NCBI GenBank assembly: GCA_964627685.1
Contig: CAZVKM010000002.1
Location: 1-33,887 of the forward strand
From: an uncultured Solibacteraceae bacterium
Lineage (GTDB): Bacteria; Acidobacteriota; Holophagae; Holophagales; Holophagaceae
Direction: 5' to 3'
DNA: 33,887 nt
Shown piece by piece: positions 6,645-15,055 of this stretch. The notes below the pieces were generated by a model. The model was not told where the DNA came from. It did no database searches and worked only from the letters and a program-made list of their open reading frames with translations. The first letter of the stretch is position 1. Each line of letters begins with the position of its first letter. Position numbers and translations under genes: made by a program.

Positions 6645-8513
6645 ATGTTGCCGACGCTGGCCTCCTGGCTGAAGCCGACCCTGCGCCTCGCCCTCCTCCC
6701 CCTGTTGCTGACCGCCACCAAGGTCGACCTGTGGGCCGAGGGCCCCAACGATCCGGCCCCCCACATCAACGCCCGGGGGACGGTGAACGGGAAGAAGGTG
6801 CTCTTCGACAACACGCACGGCTCCACGGCCGGTGCGGCGGATTGGGTCATCGACGGCGGGTTCTCCGACTTCGCCAACGCCCTGGCGGATCGCGGCTACT
6901 ACGTGCAGGAGCTCCGGAAGACGGGTCCGCTCACCCTCAGCGACCTCTCGGGCTGGGATGTGCTCGTGCTGGCCGAGTGCAACATCCCCTTCAAGACGAG
7001 CGAACAGGCCGTGCTCCTGCAGTACGTGCAGAACGGCGGCTCCATCTTCTTCATCGCGGACCACTACAATGCCGACCGGAACAAGAACCGATGGGATGGC
7101 TCCGAGGTGTTCAACGGGTACCGCCGCGGCGCCTTCGGCAACCCCACCAAGGGCATGAGCGCCGCGGAGACCGCCAGCTACCCCATGCAGAACGTCACCA
7201 GCACCGACTGGCTTGGAACGAACTTCGGCGTGCGCTTCCGGTACAACGCCCTGGGCGACATCACCGCCAACGACATCGTGGCGCCGGCCCAGGCCTTCAA
7301 CATCACCAGCGGGGTGGCCACCGTCGCCATGCACGCCGGCTCCACGCTCGCGATCCTCGACCCCACCAAGGCCAAGGGCCTCGTCTACCTCCCCGCCACC
7401 ACCACCAAGTGGGCCAGCGCGGTGGACCAGGGCGTGTACAACGGCGGGGGCCGGGCGGAGGGCCCCTTCGTCGCCATCGCCAAGATCGGCTACGGCAAGG
7501 CCGCCTTCATCGGCGACTCCTCCCCGGTGGAAGACGCCACCCCCAAGTACCTCAAGGAGGAGACGGGGGGGACGAAGACCACCCATGCCGGCTGGCAGGA
7601 GCAGAACGATGCCGTGCTCATGCCCAACCTCATCGACTGGCTGGCCAGCCACGAGTCGTACACCGCCCTGAACCAGGTGGCGGGCCTGCAGCTCGACACG
7701 CCCACGGCCCTGCTGGCCATGGAGGATCCCGCCAGCTCCACGGAGCCCCTGGCCGAGCCCTGGGCCACCCCCGCCGCGGGCTACAAGTGGTACGACCCCA
7801 GCACCTTCAAGACGGGCTCCTACGCCTACGGCATCCCGGTGGCGAGCTACACGATCACCGCCAGCGCCGGCGCCAACGGCACCATCAGCCCCACGGGCAC
7901 GGTGAGCGTCGTCAGCGGCGGGAGCCAGACCTTCACCTTCACCCCCTCCGCGGGCTACGCGGTGGCCGGGGTCACCGTGGATGGCGTGGGCCAGGGCGTG
8001 CTCAGCACCTACACCTTCAGCAACGTCACCGCCAACCACACGATCGCCGTGTCCTTCGTGGCCACCGGCACGAGCTTCACCGAGGGCTTCGAAACCGGCA
8101 CCAAGACCGCCTACGCCACGGGCAACGTGACCTTCGCCTCGGGCACCTGGACCCTGAATGACGCGCTCCTGGGCAACACCAGCTCGGATCCGAAGGTGGG
8201 CATCCAAAGCGTGCGTATGCGCAACAGCGGCAAGCTCACCATGGCCTATACCTGGGCCACGGGCGCCAAGACCGTCACCGTCAAGCACGCGGTTTACGGC
8301 AGCGACGCCGCCACCACCTGGACCCTCTGGTACTCCACCAACAACGGCGGCACCTGGACCCAGACCGGCGGCACCATCACCACGTCCTCCTCCACCCTGC
8401 AGACGGCCACCTTCACCCTGAACGTCACCGGCGGCCTCCGCTTCGAAATCCGCAAGACGGACGGCAGCACGCGCCGGGTGAACTTCGACGACTTCAAGGT
8501 GGTCGGGTACTAA
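6645..8513 (+). CDS. Secreted multidomain protein: N-terminal alpha/beta domain, InlB-B-repeat-like beta domain, C-terminal beta-sandwich-like domain
   Basis: Signal peptide MLPTLASWLKPTLRLALLPLLLTA. The N-terminal region (VLFDNTHGS...WDVLVLAECN...NGGSIFFIADHY) resembles glutamine-amidotransferase-like/DUF4350-type folds. YTITASAGANGTISPTGTVSVVSGGSQTFTFTPSAGYAVAGVTVDG is a typical InlB B-repeat-like module. The T/S/G/N-rich C-terminus ends FDDFKVVGY. The CDS is solid; the function is uncertain. Confidence 0.8.
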   Translation: MLPTLASWLKPTLRLALLPLLLTATKVDLWAEGPNDPAPHINARGTVNGKKVLFDNTHGSTAGAADWVIDGGFSDFANALADRGYYVQELRKTGPLTLSDLSGWDVLVLAECNIPFKTSEQAVLLQYVQNGGSIFFIADHYNADRNKNRWDGSEVFNGYRRGAFGNPTKGMSAAETASYPMQNVTSTDWLGTNFGVRFRYNALGDITANDIVAPAQAFNITSGVATVAMHAGSTLAILDPTKAKGLVYLPATTTKWASAVDQGVYNGGGRAEGPFVAIAKIGYGKAAFIGDSSPVEDATPKYLKEETGGTKTTHAGWQEQNDAVLMPNLIDWLASHESYTALNQVAGLQLDTPTALLAMEDPASSTEPLAEPWATPAAGYKWYDPSTFKTGSYAYGIPVASYTITASAGANGTISPTGTVSVVSGGSQTFTFTPSAGYAVAGVTVDGVGQGVLSTYTFSNVTANHTIAVSFVATGTSFTEGFETGTKTAYATGNVTFASGTWTLNDALLGNTSSDPKVGIQSVRMRNSGKLTMAYTWATGAKTVTVKHAVYGSDAATTWTLWYSTNNGGTWTQTGGTITTSSSTLQTATFTLNVTGGLRFEIRKTDGSTRRVNFDDFKVVGY

Positions 8514-8532
8514 GCCCCACCCACCCACGAAA

Positions 8533-8553
8533 TGGGCCCGGCTTCGCCGGGCC
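8533..8553. terminator. Bidirectional GC hairpin terminator between convergent genes
   Basis: GGGCCCGGC ttc GCCGGGCCC (9-bp stem), located between the stop at 8513 (+) and the stop at 8577 (-). Confidence 0.6.
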
Positions 8554-8576
8554 CTTCGCTTGGAGTTCCCTCCCGA

Positions 8577-9083
8577 TCAGTCGAAGAGCACCACGTGGAG
8601 GTCCAGTCCCGGGAGCCGGGGCAGGGGAACGGGCGGGGGCGCGAGGGGCAGGCGGATGGCGGTCTCCAGGTCCAGGCGGGCCCGGGGATCCGTGAGGCGC
8701 CTCAGGATCCAGCGACCCCCCACGCAGACATAGATGCGGGAAGGGTCATTGGGCACGAGGGCCACGTAGCGCCGCTCGCCGGGCCGCCAGTATCCCTGCA
8801 TCCAGGGCGGGCAGGCGTGGCGGTGCCGGGGGCGGTCGTGTTCCCAGTCCCGGTGGTCGTCGCGGTCCTCATCGCGCTCATGGAAGTGGTGACGCTCCTC
8901 CTGGCGCCGCTCCTTCCAGTAGCGTTTCTCCTCCTTCTCGCGCTCCTTCCAGTAGTGGCGGTCCTCCTTCTCGCGCGCCTTCTCCCGGCGGCGCTCCCAC
9001 TTGTCGTCGTGGTCGAGCAGGGCCGGCGGAGCAGGGGGCGTGGTCGGGCTCAGGGATGCGAAGCACAGCATGAGGCTCAGCAC
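8577..9083 (-). CDS. Small secreted protein with a charged His/Arg/Glu-rich repeat region and a conserved C-terminal domain (paralogue of 9092-9451)
   Basis: The GTG at 9083 has AGGAG 5 nt upstream; the ATG at 9071 is an alternative. Signal-like MLSLMLCFASLS. Repeats REKEDRHYWKEREKEEKRYWKERRQEERHHFHERDEDRDDHRDWEHDRPRHRH. The C-terminus IRLPLAPPPVPLPRLPGLDLHVVLFD is shared with the upstream gene. Confidence 0.7.
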   Translation of the reverse strand: MLSLMLCFASLSPTTPPAPPALLDHDDKWERRREKAREKEDRHYWKEREKEEKRYWKERRQEERHHFHERDEDRDDHRDWEHDRPRHRHACPPWMQGYWRPGERRYVALVPNDPSRIYVCVGGRWILRRLTDPRARLDLETAIRLPLAPPPVPLPRLPGLDLHVVLFD

Positions 9084-9091
9084 GGGGGCTC

Positions 9092-9451
9092 CTAGTTGAA
9101 GAGGACGACGTGGAGGTCCACGCCGATCCGCGGAAGGGGGACCGGCGGCGGTGCGGTGGGCAGCCTGAGGCAATCCCCCACCTCGGCCTGGAGGGAGAGG
9201 TTGAACCCCTTGCGCAGCTCCCACTGGCCATCCACGAGGAAGTAGGCCCGGTCCCGGTACCGGGGATCGATGGCGATGTAGGGGCGCTCGGGCAGGCGGC
9301 CGAACTTCTTGGCCAGGCCGGGCGGCAGGCCCCCCTTCTTGGCCAGGCCGGGGGGCACGAAGCCCTCCTTGTCATGGCCGTGGCCCCGGCCATGCCCCTT
9401 GCCCTGAGGCACTGCGAGGAGGGAGAGGGAGAGCAGCAGGGGCATGGACAT
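9092..9451 (-). CDS. Small secreted protein with Gly/His-rich stretch and PPGLAKK repeats (paralogue of 8577-9083)
   Basis: GGAGGA RBS upstream of the ATG at 9451. Signal peptide MSMPLLLSLSLLAVPQG, then GKGHGRGHGHDKEG, then PPGLAKKGGLPPGLAKKFG. The C-terminus is LRLPTAPPPVPLPRIGVDLHVVLFN. Confidence 0.75.
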   Translation of the reverse strand: MSMPLLLSLSLLAVPQGKGHGRGHGHDKEGFVPPGLAKKGGLPPGLAKKFGRLPERPYIAIDPRYRDRAYFLVDGQWELRKGFNLSLQAEVGDCLRLPTAPPPVPLPRIGVDLHVVLFN

Positions 9452-9509
9452 GGGATCCTCCAGGGCGTGGTGACCCCCAGGATACGCCTCCCAGTCCGGG
9501 GCGCCCGCC

Positions 9510-10409
9510 TCAGGCCTGCTGGGGGCTCAGGGTGACGTTCAGGACGGCCTCGTCGTGATCCGGCGTGAGGATCACGTTGTCGATGAGCCGGGTCCCCCCC
9601 ACGAAGGCCGCCACGCAGAGGGCCACGGTGCGGTCCACCTCCCCCGTGAAGGTGTCGAGGGTCTGCGCATCCACCAGCTCGAGGTACTGGAGCTCATCCA
9701 CCCCCTGTTCGCCTTCGAGGGCGGCCTGGGCCATCTGGAGGAGCTTGGCGCTGGTGCGCTCACCGCCCTTGAAGGCGGCCTCGGCGGCCAGGAGCCCCCG
9801 GCTGATGCAGAGGGCCCGGGCGCGGTCCACCTCGGAGAGGTAGCTGTTCCGGCTGCTCATGGCGAGCCCGTCCTCCTCCCGGATGGTGGGCACGACCACC
9901 ACGTCCACGGGGAGGTTCAGGTCCCGCACCATGCGGCGGACCACCAGCGTCTGCTGGAAGTCCTTCTGCCCGAAGAAGGCCAAGTCGGGCTCCACGATGT
10001 TGAAGAGCTTGGCCACCACCGTGGCGACGCCCCGGTAGTGCCCCGGGCGATACTGGCCGCAGAGGGGCTCCGCCAGGCGCCCGGGCTCCACGAAGGTCTG
10101 GAAGCCGCTGGGGTAGATCTCGGAGGGCTCGGGCAGGAAGAGCACCGTGGCACCCCACTCCAGGCAGAGGCCCTGGTCCGACTCCAGGTCGCGGGGGTAC
10201 TTGCTGAGGTCCTCAGTGGGGCCGAACTGCGTGGGGTTCACGAAGATGCTCACCACCGTGGCATCGCAGCGCGCGGCGGACTGCTTCACGAGGGCGCCGT
10301 GCCCTTCGTGGAGGTACCCCATGGTGGGGACGAAGCCGATGCGCTTGCCCTTCTCCCGCAGGGTCTTCAGAAGGACCCTCAGGTCGGCGATGCTCCGGAC
10401 GATGCGCAT
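9510..10409 (-). CDS. panC: Pantoate--beta-alanine ligase (pantothenate synthetase)
   Basis: GFVPTMGYLHEGHGALV (HIGH-type motif), VSIFVNPTQFGP, FFGQKDFQQ and AMSSRNSYL. Start taken at the ATG at 10409; the 26-aa upstream extension in the track was rejected. Confidence 0.92.
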   Translation of the reverse strand: MRIVRSIADLRVLLKTLREKGKRIGFVPTMGYLHEGHGALVKQSAARCDATVVSIFVNPTQFGPTEDLSKYPRDLESDQGLCLEWGATVLFLPEPSEIYPSGFQTFVEPGRLAEPLCGQYRPGHYRGVATVVAKLFNIVEPDLAFFGQKDFQQTLVVRRMVRDLNLPVDVVVVPTIREEDGLAMSSRNSYLSEVDRARALCISRGLLAAEAAFKGGERTSAKLLQMAQAALEGEQGVDELQYLELVDAQTLDTFTGEVDRTVALCVAAFVGGTRLIDNVILTPDHDEAVLNVTLSPQQA

Positions 10410-10456
10410 GGACAAAGAACGTACCTCTTCAAGGCAGGGGGGACGCGTGCGTCGCT

Positions 10457-11332
10457 TCAGGAACCCCCGGTGCGGCTGGGCCGCCACTGGGCCACCTGGG
10501 AACGAACGGCCTCTGCAAGCGTATAGGATTCGTCGGCATTGGGGAAGGAACCATCTCGGACGTCCTGGGACCAGCGCTGCAGTGCGGTGCGGAGGTGCTC
10601 CACCCCATCGGCATAGACCCTCACGAACTTAGGTTTGCGCCCCTCGTGGAGACTGAGCAGATCGTGCAGCACGAGGACCTGCCCCCGGCAGTGCGGCCCG
10701 GCGCCGATGCCGATGGTGGGGATGTGCAAGGTCTCGGTCACACGCTGGGCGAGATCCGCCGGGATGCCCTCGAGGACCAGGGCGAAGCAGCCGGCTTCCT
10801 GGAGGCGCTGGGCATCCTCGAGGATCTGCAGGGCGTGTTCCGCATCCCGACCCTGGACCTTGAAGCCGCCCATCATGTGCAGGCTCTGGGGTGTGAGTCC
10901 CAGGTGCCCCATCACGGGGATCTCCGCGTCCACCAGGGCGTGGACCATGTCCAGGCGCTTCGTGCCGCCCTCGAGCTTCACGGCGGCGGCCCCGGCCCGG
11001 ATGAAGGCGCCGGCATTGCGGAGGGTGTCCTCCTTGCCCAGGTGGAAGCTGAGGTAGGGCATGTCGGCCACGAGGAGGGCCCGCGGCTTGGCACGGGCCA
11101 CGGCCTCCACGTGGTGGAGCATCATGGCCATGGTCACGGGCAGGGTGTTCTCGAAACCGAGGAGCACGTTCCCCACGCTGTCGCCCACCAGGAGGATGTC
11201 CACCACGGGATCCGCGAGTCGCGCCGTGAGCGCGTCGTAGGCCGTGGTCATCACGAGGCGGCGTCCCTCGGCGCTCCAGGCGAGGATCTGGGGGAGGGTG
11301 ACCCGGTCCGGACCGGGGGCGTGGTGGCTCAT
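10457..11332 (-). CDS. panB: 3-methyl-2-oxobutanoate hydroxymethyltransferase (ketopantoate hydroxymethyltransferase)
   Basis: MTTAYDALTARLAD..ILLVGDSVGNVLLG, ADMPYLSF, VKLEGG, VMGHLGLTPQS and IPTIGIGAGPHCRGQVLV are all characteristic PanB blocks. Confidence 0.92.
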   Translation of the reverse strand: MSHHAPGPDRVTLPQILAWSAEGRRLVMTTAYDALTARLADPVVDILLVGDSVGNVLLGFENTLPVTMAMMLHHVEAVARAKPRALLVADMPYLSFHLGKEDTLRNAGAFIRAGAAAVKLEGGTKRLDMVHALVDAEIPVMGHLGLTPQSLHMMGGFKVQGRDAEHALQILEDAQRLQEAGCFALVLEGIPADLAQRVTETLHIPTIGIGAGPHCRGQVLVLHDLLSLHEGRKPKFVRVYADGVEHLRTALQRWSQDVRDGSFPNADESYTLAEAVRSQVAQWRPSRTGGS

Positions 11333-11369
11333 GGGGGTCTCCGCTGCGTGAGTCGAAGCCCTGGAACGC

Positions 11370-14300
11370 CTATCGTTCCGGGAAGTTCACCGCGGGCAGG
11401 TTGGCCTGGGTGGGGGTCCAGTCTGCCAGGGGATCGCCCCGGTCGGGCAGCACGAAGCGCAGCCCGCTGGCCGTGACGGTCTCCTGGAAGCGGTGGAGGT
11501 CGGGGCGGCCGAGGAAGGCCTGGGACTGGGATTCCGACACCCGCGACCACACCTGCTGGAAGGCGGGGAAGGCGTCCTGGAGCCGGGACTGGGCGCCGAG
11601 GCGCTCGCCGCGTCGCAGGAGGATCCGGGCACTTTCCGTGGCGGCCTCCATGAGGTCCGAGGGGAACTGGAGGCTGCGGGCCAGGGCCAGGGCCTCGCCC
11701 CAGGCCCCCAGGGCCTCCTGGTCCACGGGGTCCGAGGCGGGGGCGCAGGCCAGCAGGAGGCCGTGGGCCTTCCGCCACTCCAGGTCGAGCCACCGGCTTC
11801 CGGCCCCGTCCACGGGGCCCTTCAGGGTCTCGAGCAGGCTCCAGGTGGTTTCGGAGGCGGGTCGGCCGGCCTCCAGGCCGTCCCGGGCATCGGCCTGGAC
11901 GAGGCGCAACTGGGCCAGCCGATGGCGCCACACGAGCCCGGCCGCATCGAAGATCTGCGCCGCTTGCCGGAACAGCCGCGCGGCATCCCGCCAGGACCCG
12001 CCGAAGCCGGCCACCTCGGCCTGGAGGAAGGCCTGGTCCCCCTGCTCCAGGGGGGAGAGGAGGGCCCGCTGACCCCCGAGCGCCTTGAGCTGGTGGTGCT
12101 CGGCGCCCACGCGATCGCCAAGGGCCGCCACCGTGCGGGCCCGCCACATGCGCGCGAGGGTGGCGGCGGCCTCCTCGCCGGCGCGTTGGAAGCGCTCCAC
12201 CGCCCGGTCCAGGTGGGACTGGGCCGGGGCCAGGTGATGCTGCAGGCTCTTCACCATCCCGAGGTGGAGGTGGGCCTGGGCCTGGAGCAGCGGATCACCG
12301 TGCAGGCGGGCGGCCTGGAGGGATTCCTGGAGCAGGCGGAGGGCCTGCTCGGTCTCCCCCTGCGCCACCCGCAGGGTGGACAGCACCAGCTCCACCTGCA
12401 CGAGGGCCCGCACCTGCTGCCCGCTCTCCGCCATCCGGAGCGCGCCCTCCAGGAGGCTGGAGGCCCGCTGGAGCTGGCTCTGGTTGCCGAGGGCCCGCCC
12501 CAGCTCGAGGGTGAGATCCACCTGGTCGGCGGTGAGCGCCTTGGCCCCCTGCCCCTGGAGCAGGGCCAGGCCCTCCTCCAGCGCCTTGATGCCCTTGGGC
12601 AGGTGCCCCTGCATGAGGTAGAGGCGGGCCAGCGCGAGGCGGATGCGCGGGTGCTCGGCATGCTGCGGGGCGCCCCGCAGCACGTCCGCCGCGGCCATCA
12701 CCGCGTCCCGGGCCTCGGGCAGGTGCCGCCGCCTCAGCTCCAGCTGGGCCCGCTTCCGCAGGAGGCGGGCCTGGAAGGGCGGGGGTGGGGAAGGCAGCTC
12801 CGCGAGGGCCTGATCGGCCCGCGTGAGCGCCTCCAGGGCTTGGCCGAGGGGGGAGGCCGGCGTGGCCTCCCCACCGAAGAGCCCCCCGCCGCTGTGGTGG
12901 GCCCAGGCATCGGCGAGGTGTTCCAGGAGGCGGGCCCTGTCCATGGCCGAAGGGTGCAGCTGGAGGGCCTGATCCACGACCCGCTTGACCTCCGTGGGGC
13001 TGCCGACCCCCTCGCGCTCGAGGGTCTGCAGCACGCCGGCCAAGGCGCTCTGCTCGTCCGCCGCGAGGCTCTGGAGGGCCACGCTGATGGGGCCCCGATC
13101 CCCGGAGCCCTTGAGGGCCCCCACGAGGGCCCGGGCGAGCCGCTTGAGCTCCGGTTGGGGGGTGTGGGCGAGCACCAGCTCGCGCCAGCGGGGATCCGGG
13201 ATCTGGGCCTCGATGCCCTGGGTGAGCACGAGCTTCGAGCTCAGCGCGGCCTGGAGGATGTCCTCCATGGGGTCGCCGGCCAGGCCCAGGGCCCGGCCGA
13301 GCACATACACCCGGCGGGCCGGGCCCGCCCGGGCCCGCAGGCGCACCCGGGCCTGGGTGGGGGGGGAGAGGCGGTTGAGGCGGCCCACGAAGACGGGCTT
13401 CATCAGGTCCGTGCCCGCCTGCAGGTTTGGTCTTCGTCCCGGCGCCAGCACCCAGCGGCCATGGTCCTCCAGGAGGTCCCCCGCCTGCTGGGCCAGCTCG
13501 AGGAGGCCGAGCATCAGGCCGGGATTGCCGAGGGAGACGCGGAACAGCTCCTGGAGGAGGTCCTCCGGAAGCCCATGGCCCCCGAGCAGGTCCTCGAGCA
13601 CCCGGCGCATGTCCTCATCCTCGAGGCGGTTCAGCACCACCAGGGCCGCGTGGGGCTCCTGCTTGATCTGGGCCACCATGGGCTTGAGGCCGGAACCCTG
13701 GGCCCCGGAGGGCAGGGACAGGAGCCAGGGGAGGGTGGAGCGGTGGACGAGCTCCCGCACCAGCGCCACCACCTCGGGGCGGCTCCGGTCCAACCCGGAG
13801 AGGTGGATGAGCCGGGGGTGGTGGGAGGCTGCGAAATCAAGGGCTTCGAGGGCGCCCTGGAGCTCCTCGGGGTCCAGGTCCTCCGTGGTGGCCTTGCGCC
13901 CTCCGGTGAGGAAGGCAAAGGCCGGCAGCCGCCGGGCGATCATCCGGGCCACGGCGGGCTGGCGGGCGTAGAGGTCGGCCTCGAGGCCGTGGAGCGCCTC
14001 CTCCAGCACCCGGCCCAGCAGGTGGGCCGGCCCCTCCTCATGCCCGAGGGGCAGGCGGTGGACCCACAGCCCCTCGCTCTCCGCGACCGCGCAGGCCCAG
14101 GCGGCGAGCTGCTCACGGCCGAGGCCCTCCTCCGCCATGAGGAGGATCACCCGCTCCATGGGGGCGGGGGCCGTGAGGCCGAGCATGAGGGACTTCAGGT
14201 AGGTCAGCTCCTGGCTGCGTCCACGGATGGCGCGGCCCATGGGGTCGGAGAGCGCACGGGGCGATTCCCAGGGCAGGCCCTCGGTCTCCCCGGGGCCGGG

Positions 14301-14792
14301 ATCCCCCACGGAGAGCAGCGCCTTCAAGGGGGCCAGGGAACCGGGATCCTCGCCCAGCGCCCGGGGGAGGGTGATGATCCCCCGCCTCAGGCCGATCACT
14401 TCCGGGTGGAGGAAGCGCGCCTGGTTGTCGGTGGCCAGCAGGCCTTCGAGGTGGCGCTGGAACGCCTGACGCTGGACCGCGTTCCAGCGCTCCCAGCTGC
14501 GGGCCAGGGGCGTGCCCGAGAGGGCCTGGATGCTCCAGGCATGGTCCTCGTCGAACCCGAAGTGGGCCTCTTCCGGATCGAGGGGAGTCGCATCCTGGAA
14601 GCGGCCCAGGAAGACCTCCTTGAGGTGGTCCAGGCTCCGATCCTCCAGGCGCGGGGTCCACAGCTGGAGGAGGAAGCGGACCCCATCGGATTCCCGCCGC
14701 ATGAGGTGGAAGGTGCTGCCCCCTTCCCGGGCCTCCCCCAGGTCCTGAAGCCAGGTCAGCCGATGGGCGCCGAATGTGCGGATCAGGTCCAT
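11370..14792 (-). CDS. Large (1140 aa) cytoplasmic scaffold/regulatory protein: AAA_16/STAND-like central region with degenerate Walker A, long TPR-like C-terminal region
   Basis: High GC3 and a varied, Leu/Ala/Glu-rich helical-repeat composition. The segment RGRSQELTYLKSLMLGL....VILLMAEEGLGREQLAAW aligns with the GR..EL..L....vvl..GEaGIGKSrL pattern of AAA_16 proteins, but the P-loop Lys-Ser is replaced (GLGRE). No GxxxxGK[ST] occurs anywhere in the protein. The antisense 1124-aa ORF is Gly/Pro-rich junk. Confidence 0.8.
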   Translation of the reverse strand: MDLIRTFGAHRLTWLQDLGEAREGGSTFHLMRRESDGVRFLLQLWTPRLEDRSLDHLKEVFLGRFQDATPLDPEEAHFGFDEDHAWSIQALSGTPLARSWERWNAVQRQAFQRHLEGLLATDNQARFLHPEVIGLRRGIITLPRALGEDPGSLAPLKALLSVGDPGPGETEGLPWESPRALSDPMGRAIRGRSQELTYLKSLMLGLTAPAPMERVILLMAEEGLGREQLAAWACAVAESEGLWVHRLPLGHEEGPAHLLGRVLEEALHGLEADLYARQPAVARMIARRLPAFAFLTGGRKATTEDLDPEELQGALEALDFAASHHPRLIHLSGLDRSRPEVVALVRELVHRSTLPWLLSLPSGAQGSGLKPMVAQIKQEPHAALVVLNRLEDEDMRRVLEDLLGGHGLPEDLLQELFRVSLGNPGLMLGLLELAQQAGDLLEDHGRWVLAPGRRPNLQAGTDLMKPVFVGRLNRLSPPTQARVRLRARAGPARRVYVLGRALGLAGDPMEDILQAALSSKLVLTQGIEAQIPDPRWRELVLAHTPQPELKRLARALVGALKGSGDRGPISVALQSLAADEQSALAGVLQTLEREGVGSPTEVKRVVDQALQLHPSAMDRARLLEHLADAWAHHSGGGLFGGEATPASPLGQALEALTRADQALAELPSPPPPFQARLLRKRAQLELRRRHLPEARDAVMAAADVLRGAPQHAEHPRIRLALARLYLMQGHLPKGIKALEEGLALLQGQGAKALTADQVDLTLELGRALGNQSQLQRASSLLEGALRMAESGQQVRALVQVELVLSTLRVAQGETEQALRLLQESLQAARLHGDPLLQAQAHLHLGMVKSLQHHLAPAQSHLDRAVERFQRAGEEAAATLARMWRARTVAALGDRVGAEHHQLKALGGQRALLSPLEQGDQAFLQAEVAGFGGSWRDAARLFRQAAQIFDAAGLVWRHRLAQLRLVQADARDGLEAGRPASETTWSLLETLKGPVDGAGSRWLDLEWRKAHGLLLACAPASDPVDQEALGAWGEALALARSLQFPSDLMEAATESARILLRRGERLGAQSRLQDAFPAFQQVWSRVSESQSQAFLGRPDLHRFQETVTASGLRFVLPDRGDPLADWTPTQANLPAVNFPER

Positions 14793-14946
14793 GGCCAGAA
14801 CCGGACAGGGGGGGCGTTGGGGGACATGGGGGGCAGTCTACCGCGGAGGGGTTGGAAGGGTGTTTGAAATTGCCGAGGAACCCTTTCGCGGATTGAGCAA
14901 AATCGCAGCCGGCCAAGGTTTGCCGTCGAGATTTCAGTTTGACCCC

Positions 14947-14965
14947 TGTGAGGACGATCGTCACA
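14947..14965. promoter_or_regulatory. Imperfect palindrome TGTGA-N9-TCACA containing the perfect 10-bp palindrome GACGATCGTC, in the divergent ccoN promoter region
   Basis: Read directly in the AT-richer 250-bp spacer between divergent genes (14793-15055). GACGAT recurs at 14982-14987. The spacing does not fit canonical CRP (N6) or FNR (TTGAT-N4-ATCAA) sites. Confidence 0.2.
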
Positions 14966-15055
14966 ATCTTTCAGTTGATCGAGACGATGTGATCCGCTTC
15001 ACGCGACGGCCCGCCTGTCGCGTCACGGCCCGCTTCCCCGGTCTTGGAGATGCTC

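Noticed and set aside
6573-8528. 651-aa ORF antisense to the secreted protein gene. Similar long antisense or out-of-frame ORFs: 2458-3834(-), 4262-5695(-), 11493-14867(+), 14776-16428(+), 16396-17955(-), 19615-21546(-), 22436-23665(-), 27628-29727(-), 30576-33602(-) and 25653-27542(+).
   Set aside because: Their translations are dominated by Gly/Ala/Arg/Pro/His/Val, with no motifs and no start context. Long open antisense frames are expected at ~69% GC because stop codons are AT-rich. In every case the opposite or alternative frame carries unmistakable family motifs.
11370-14792. The idea that the 1140-aa STAND/TPR-like protein is an Avs-type antiphage defence NTPase.
   Set aside because: There is no intact Walker A, no recognisable nuclease, protease or TIR effector domain, and no neighbouring defence or mobile genes. 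It sits in a housekeeping context (panBC, oxidase).
14893-14906. Possible FNR box TTGAGCAAAATCGC upstream of ccoN.
   Set aside because: Only 7 of 10 half-site positions match TTGAT-N4-ATCAA, and the right half-site is poor. Too weak to annotate.
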